NCBI RefSeq assembly: GCF_009914755.1 | Contig: NC_060925.1 | From: the human T2T-CHM13v2.0 reference genome, Homo sapiens | Length of the DNA: 64,000 bases | Direction: 5' to 3' (one strand) | In this document: positions 56,501-64,000 of the stretch, piece after piece | How the letters are laid out: each line of letters opens with the position of its first letter | How positions within the stretch are numbered: position 1 is the stretch's first letter | Program-made: the position numbers and the translations under genes | The notes under the pieces: generated by a model | What the model was told of the DNA's origin: nothing | The model's database searches: none | Seen by the model: only the letters and a program-made list of their open reading frames with translations

Positions 56501-59500
56501 GAATCATTGAATGGTATCAAAATGAATCATTATCGAATAAAATCGAGTGGAATAATCGAAGGAACTCAAATGGAAACATCAAATGGAGTTGAATGGAATC
56601 ATCAAATGAAATCGAATGGAATCATCGAATAGCATCAAATGGAGTCATCATCGAATGGAGTTGAATGGAATCATCGAATGGTCTCGAATGGAATCATCAT
56701 CGAATGGAATCGAAGGAATCATCAAGTGAAATCGAATGGAATCATCATCGAATGGAACCGAATAGAATCGGTTTCAAATAGAATTGAATGGAATCATCAT
56801 TGAATAGAATCAAATGGGATCATCAAATGAAATCGAATGGAATCATCAACAAAAGAATCGAAGTAAAACAAAGAATGGAATACAAAGGAATCATCGAATG
56901 GAATCGAATGGAATCACCATCAAAAACAATCGAAGTAAAATGAAGAACGGAATACAAAGGAATAATCTAATGGAATCGAATGGAATCATCATTGAATGGA
57001 CTCGAATGGACTCATCATCGAAAGGAATCGAATGGAATCATTTAATGTACTCGAATGGAGTCATCATTGAATGGAATTGAATGGAATCATCTAACGGTCT
57101 CTAATGGAATCATCATCGAATGGAATCGAATGGACTCATCGAGCGAAATCGAAAGGAATCATCATCAAATGGATCCGAATAGAATCGGCACTGAATATAA
57201 TCCAATGGAAACATCTTCCAATGGAATCGAATGGAATTTTCTTCAAATGTAATTGAGTGGAATCATCATCGAAGAGAAATGATTGGGATCATCGAATGAA
57301 ATCGAATGGAATCATCATCAAAAGAATCGAAGTAAAACAAAGAATGGAGTACAAAGGAACCATCGAATGGAATCGAATGGAATCACCATCAAAAAAATCG
57401 AAGTAAAACAATGAATGGAAAACAAAGGAATTATCGAATGGAACCGAATGGAATATCATTGAATGGACTCGAATGGAATCATCATCGAATGGAAACGAAT
57501 GGAATCGTTTAATGGACTCGAATGGAATCATCGAATAGCCTGGAATGGAATCATTGAATGAAATCGAATTTAATTATCATCAAATGAAATGAAATGGAAT
57601 CATTGAATGGACTCGAATGGCATCATCATCGAATGGAGTCGAATGAAATCATGGAATGCACTCAAATTTAGTCATTGAATGGACTCAAATGGAATCAACT
57701 TCGAGTGGAATTGAAAGGAAACATCGAATGGAATTGAATGGAATCATTGAACGGAATCGAATGGAATCATCGAATGGACACGAATGGAATCACCATCAAA
57801 TGGAATCAAGTAGAATCATCGAATGGCATTGAATGGAATAATCATTGAATGGAAACGAACGAAATCATCAATGAATGGAATCGAATGGAGTCATCGAATG
57901 GCGTCCCTTGGAATCGTCATCGAATGGAACCGAATGCAGTCATCATCGAATGGAATCAAATGCAATCATTGAATGGACTCATTGGAATCATGATTTCATG
58001 GAATCAAATGGAATCATCGAATGGACTTGAATTCAATCATCGAATGGACTCAAACGGAATCATCATCGAATGGAATCGAAAGGAATCATTGAGTTGAATC
58101 GAATGGAATTATCATCGAGTGGAATTGCATAGAATCATCAAATGGACTCGAATGGAATCATCATCGAATGGAATTGAATGGAAACTTCTAATGGCGTCGC
58201 ATGGAAGCATCATCGAACGGAATCAAATTGAATCATTGAATGGCCTTGAATTGAATCATCATCGATTGGAATCGAATGAAATCATTGAATGGAATCGAAT
58301 GGAATGATCATCGAATGGTAACGAATGGAATCCTCGAATGTAATCAAATGGAATCATCAAATGGAATCGAACAGAATCATCATTGAATGGAATCAAATGG
58401 AATCATCAAATGGAATCGAAGGCAATCATCATTGAATGGAATCAAAGTGAATCATCGAATGGAATCTAAGGCAATCATTGTCAAGTGGAATCGAGTGGAA
58501 TAATCAAATGGAATCGAACGGAATCTTTGTCAAATGGCATAGAATGGAATCAATGAATGGAATTGAATGGAATCACCAATGAATTGAATGAAATGGAATC
58601 ATCATTGAATGGAATCAAATGGAATGAACGAATGCAATCGAATGGGATCATTATCGAAGGGAATCGTGTGAAATCATCTAATGGGCACGAATTGAATCAT
58701 CGTCGAATGGAATTGAATGAAATCATCTAATGTACTCGAATGGAATCGTCATTGAATGGAATAGAATGGAATCATCAAATGGAATCGAAAGAAATCTACA
58801 TCGTATTGAATCGAGTGGAATCATCGAATGGACTCCAATGTAATCATCGGAGAATGGAAGCAATCGGAATCATCAAATGGACTCGAATGGAATCATTATC
58901 GAATGGAATCAAATGGAATCTTCGAATCTACTCGAATGGAATAATCATCAAATATCAAAAGCAATCATTAAATGGATTTGAATAGAATCATCAAATGGAT
59001 TCGAATGGAATAATCATCAAATGGAATCAAATGGAATCATTGAATGGACTGGAATGAATTCATCATTGAATGGAATCAAATGGAATCATCTAATGAACTC
59101 GAATGAAATCATCATCGAATGGAATCAAATGGAATCATCGAATGGAATCGAATGGAATCATCATGGAATGGAATCAAATGGAATCACTGAATGGACTCGA
59201 ATGGAATCATCATCAAATAGAATAGAATGGAATAATCTAACGCACGCAAAAGGAATCATCATCGAATGAAATCGAATGGAATCAACGAATGGACACGAAT
59301 GGAATCATCACCGAATACAATCGAAAGGAATCATCAAGTGGCATACAATGCAGTCATTATTGAATGGAATCGAATGGAATCATCATTGAATAGAATCAAA
59401 CGGAATCATCAAATGGAATCGAATGGAATCATTGAATGGAGTCAAATTGAATGATCGAATGGAATTGAATAGAATCAGCATCAAACGAAATTGAATGGAA

Positions 59501-62500
59501 TCATCATCGAATAGAATCGAATGGAATCATTGAATGGAATCATCATCAAATGGAGTCCAATGGAATCATCAAATGGACTCGAATGGAATCATCATTGAAT
59601 AAAATCAAATGGAATCACTGAATGGGCTCGAATGGAATCATCATCAAATGGAATCGAATGGAATCATCAAATGGACAAGAACAGAATCATTGTTGAAAGG
59701 AATCGAATGGAATCATCGAATGTAATTGAACGGAATTATCATGGAATGAAATACAATGGAATCACTGAATGGACTCGAATGGAATCATCATCGAGTGGAA
59801 TCAAATAAAATCATGGAATGCACTTGAATGGAATCATCGAATGGACTACAATGAAATCAACATCGAGTGGAATTGAAAGGAAACATCGAATGGAATTGAA
59901 TGGAATCATCGAATGGAATCATAATTGAATGGAATCGAAAGGAATCATCGAATGGTGCCAAATGGAATCATCATCGGATGGAATCAAAAGGAGTCAACGA
60001 ATGGAATTGAATGGAATCATCATTGAATGGAATCGAATGGAGTAATCATGGAATGGAGTCTAATGGAATCATCATCGAATGGAATCATAATGGAATGGAA
60101 TCGAATGGAATCATTGAATGGAGCCGAATGGAATAATCATCGAATGGAATCCAAAGGAATCATCGAATGGAGCCAAATGGAATCATCATCGAATTGAATC
60201 GAATGGAGTAATCCTGGAATGGAGTCGAATGGAATCATCATAGAATGGAATCAAATGGAAACATCATCGAATGGGATCGAATGGAATCATCAATGAATGG
60301 AATCGAATGGAAACATCATCGAATGGAATCGAATGGAATCATCAATGAATGGAACCTAATGGGGTCATCGAATGGAGTCCGTTGGGTTCATCATCGAATG
60401 GAACCGAATGCAGTCATCATCTAATGAAATCAAATGGAATCATCGAATGGACTCGATGGAATCATCATCGCATGGAATGGAATGGAATCATCGAATGGAC
60501 TGGAATACAATCATCCAATGGACTCGAATGGAATCATCATTAAATGGAATCAAAAGGAATCAACGAATGGACTTGAATTGAAGTATCATCGAGTGGAATC
60601 AAATGGAATCATTGAATGCACTTGAATGGAATCACCAACGAATGGAATCAAATGGAATCAATGAATGGAATCGAGTGGAATGACAATTGAATGGAATTAA
60701 ATGGAATCGTCATTGAATGGAATCAAATGGAATCATCATCGAATAGAATTTAATGGAATCATCATCTAATGGAAACGAATGGAATCATCAACGAATGGAA
60801 TCAAAGGAAGAAATAGAATGGAATCCGTTGGAATCATCATCAAATGGAACCAAATGCTGTCATCATCGAATGGAATCGAATGGAATCATCAAATGGGTTA
60901 TAATGGAATCATCAAATGGGTTACAATGGAATCATCATCGAATGGAATTGAATGGAATCATCGAATGGACTCGAATGGAATGACAATCACATGGAATTGA
61001 ATGGAATCATCGAATGTACACGAATGGCATCATCGTTGAATGGATTCAAATGAAATCATCGAATGACATCGAATGGAATCATCTTCGAATGGAATCTAAT
61101 GAAATCATCGAAAGCACTCGAATGGAATCATCGAATGGATTGAGTGGAATCATCATCAAATGGAATAGAATGGAATCATCGATTGGACTCGAATGGAATC
61201 ATCTTCAAATGGAATCAAATATAATCATAATCAAATGGAATCGTATGGAATCATCATCTATAGGATTCGATTGGAGCAATCATTGAATAGAATCGAATGG
61301 AATCACTAAATTGAATCAAATGGAAGGATCACGAAATGGATTCGAAGGGAATCATCCAATGGGATTGAACAGAGTCATCAATTGGAATCGAGTGAAATCA
61401 TCGAATGGATTCAAATGGAATCATCATTGAATGGAATCGAATGGAATCATCGAATGGACACGAATGCAATAATCATTGAATGGACTCGAATGGAATCGTC
61501 AAATGGAGTCGAATGTAATCATCATCGAACGGAATCGAATGGAATACTCGAATAGCATCGAATGGAATCATCGTCGAATGCAGTCAAATGGAATCATCGA
61601 ATGGACTGGAACGGAATCATCATGCAATGTAATCGAATGGAAACTTCGAATGGAAACGAATGGAATCATCATCAAACGCATTCGAATGGAATCATCAACG
61701 AATGGAATCGAATAGAGTCATCCAATGGAATAGAATTGATTCATCATCGAAAGGAATTGAATAGAATCATTGAATGAAATCGCATGGAATCATCGTCGAG
61801 TGGAATCGAATGGAATCATGAACGAATGGAATTGAATGGAATCATAGAATGGAATCCAATGTAATCATCATCAAATTAAACTCAATGGAATAATCAAGTG
61901 GACTCAAATGGAATAATCGAATGGACTCAAATGCAATCATCATTGAATGGAATAGAATGGAATTATCGAATGCAATCAAATGGAATCATCATCCAATTTT
62001 ATCAAACAGAATCATCGAATGGACACGAATGGAATCATCATCGAATGGAATGGAATAGAGTAATCGAGTGGACTCGAATGGAATCATCGAATGGAATGGA
62101 ATGGAATAATCAATGTACTCGAATGGAATCATCGAATGGAATGGAATGGAATAATCAATATACTCGAATGGAATAAACATCGAATGGAATCGAATTGAAT
62201 CATTGAATGGACTCGAATGGCATCATCATCAAATGGAATCAAATGGAAACATCGAATGGACTCGTATGGAATCTTCATTGAATGGAATCAAATGGAATCA
62301 TCGAATGGACTCGTATGTAATCTTCATTGAATGGAATCGAATGGAATCATTGAATGGACTCGAATGGAATCATTGAATGGACTTGAATGGAATCATCAAA
62401 TGGACTCAAATGGAATCATCATCGAATGGTATTGAATGGAATCATCGAATGGACTCGAATGGAATAATCATTGAACGAAATCGAATGGAATCATCATCGG

Positions 62501-64000
62501 ATGGAAACGAATGGAATCATCATCGAATGGAATCGAATGATTCATCGAATGGAATCAGATGGAATCATCATTGATTGGAATTGATTAGAATCGTCTAATG
62601 AAATCGAATGGAATCATCATCAAATGGACTCAAGTGGAACCACCATCGAATGGACTTCAATGAAATCATCATCCAGTGGAATCAACTGGAATCAACCTTG
62701 AATGGAATCGAATGGAAACACCATCGAATTGAATCGAATGGAATCATCACGGAATTGAAATGTATAGACTCATCATCGAATGGATTCGAAGGGAATCATC
62801 GATTGGAATTGATTGGAATCATCATCGAATGGAATCGAATGGAATCATTGAATGGAATCGAATGAAATCATCACCAAATGGAATCGAATAGAATCATCGA
62901 ATGGACCTGAATGGAATCATCATCCAATGGAATCAGATGGAATCATCAAATCGACTTGAATGGAGTCATCGAATGGACTCGAATGGAATCATTATTGAAT
63001 GGAATTGAATGGAATCATCGAAAGGTTTCGAATGGAATCATCATCGAATGGAATCGAATGGAATCATCGAATGGAATCGAATAGAATCATCATCGAAAGG
63101 AATCGAATAGAATCAGTATCAAATATAATCAAATGCAATCAACATTGAATGGAATATAATGGAATTTTCATCAAATGGGATTGAATGGAATAATGGATTA
63201 GAATCAGATGGGATCATCGAATGAAAGAGAAAGGAATCATCATTAGAAAGAATGGAAATAAAACAAAGAATGGAATCTAATGGAATCATTAAATGGAATC
63301 CAATGGAATCATCATTGAATGGATTCAAATGGGGTCATTATCGAATGGAATCAAATGGAATCATTTAATGGACTTGAAAGGAATCATTGGACTCGAATGG
63401 GATCATCGAATGGAATCGAATGCAATCATCAACGAATGAAATAAAATGGAATCATCGAATGTAATCAAATGGAATCATCATTGAATGGATTCAAAGGGGG
63501 TCATTATCGAATGGAATCGAATGGAATCATTTAATGGACTCGAAAGGAAACATTGGACTCGAATGGCATCATTGAATGGAATCGAATGGAATCATCATCG
63601 AATGAAATAAAATGGAATAACCGAATGGACTTCAAAGGAAACATCATCGAAAGGAATCGAATGCAATCATGGAATGCACTCAAATGGAATCATCGAATGG
63701 ACGCCAATGGAATCAACATCGAGTGGAATTGAAAGGAAACATTGAATGGAATTGAATGCAATTATCGAATGGAATCATCATCGAATGGAATCGAATGGAA
63801 TCATCGAATGGACTCGAATGGAATCATCATCAAATGGAATAGAAAGGAAGCATTGAAGGCAATCAAAGGGAATCATCACTGAATGAAATGAAATGGAATC
63901 ATCGAATGGACCTGAATGGAATCAACATTGAATGGAATTGAAAGGAATCATCAAATGGATTTCAATGGAATCACTGAATGTTCTCGAATGGAATCATCAT
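44565..64000 (+). repeat. Human satellite II (HSat2/HSATII), diverged array running off the window end
   Basis: 23/26-bp units ATC(ATC)GAATGGAATCGAATGGA and ATCGAATGGACTCGAATGGAATC throughout, in a single orientation. All MESNGIIEW-type ORFs derive from this repeat. Confidence 0.95.

Noticed and set aside
44456-63328. Dozens of MESNGII/EWN-repeat ORFs
   Set aside because: They are translations of HSat2.

Overview
This is primate (human or great-ape) pericentromeric DNA at a euchromatin-to-satellite transition. No intact protein-coding gene, RNA gene or CRISPR array is present. From left to right: (i) 1-14.7 kb, an AT-rich mosaic of old repeats (L1M pieces, Alus, MLT1/THE1/MST and ERV1-type LTRs, MER20); (ii) 14.7-20.8 kb, a full-length but ORF1/ORF2-dead L1PA3/PA4-type LINE-1 on the minus strand that retains an open antisense ORF0; (iii) 20.8-21.2 kb, a (CATTT/CATCATTT)n block; (iv) 21.2-24.4 kb, a duplicated unprocessed fragment of KSR1 (exon 1 with an open frame and intact GT donor, plus probable intron-1 sequence); (v) 24.4-25.8 kb, a GC-rich GGGGGCAAAAAGCCGCGGCGGC-type repeat; (vi) 26-44.3 kb, a second old-repeat mosaic; (vii) 44.3-64 kb, human satellite: a short (GGAAT)n edge with an Alu-derived insert, then about 19.4 kb of CpG-decayed HSat2 with nested internal duplications. 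I cannot demonstrate a new biological system. The best candidate for follow-up is the compact module L1 antisense promoter/ORF0 -> CATTT block <- KSR1 exon 1 <- GC-rich repeat. Repeat family names come from recalled consensus sequences, not database searches, and repeat boundaries are approximate.
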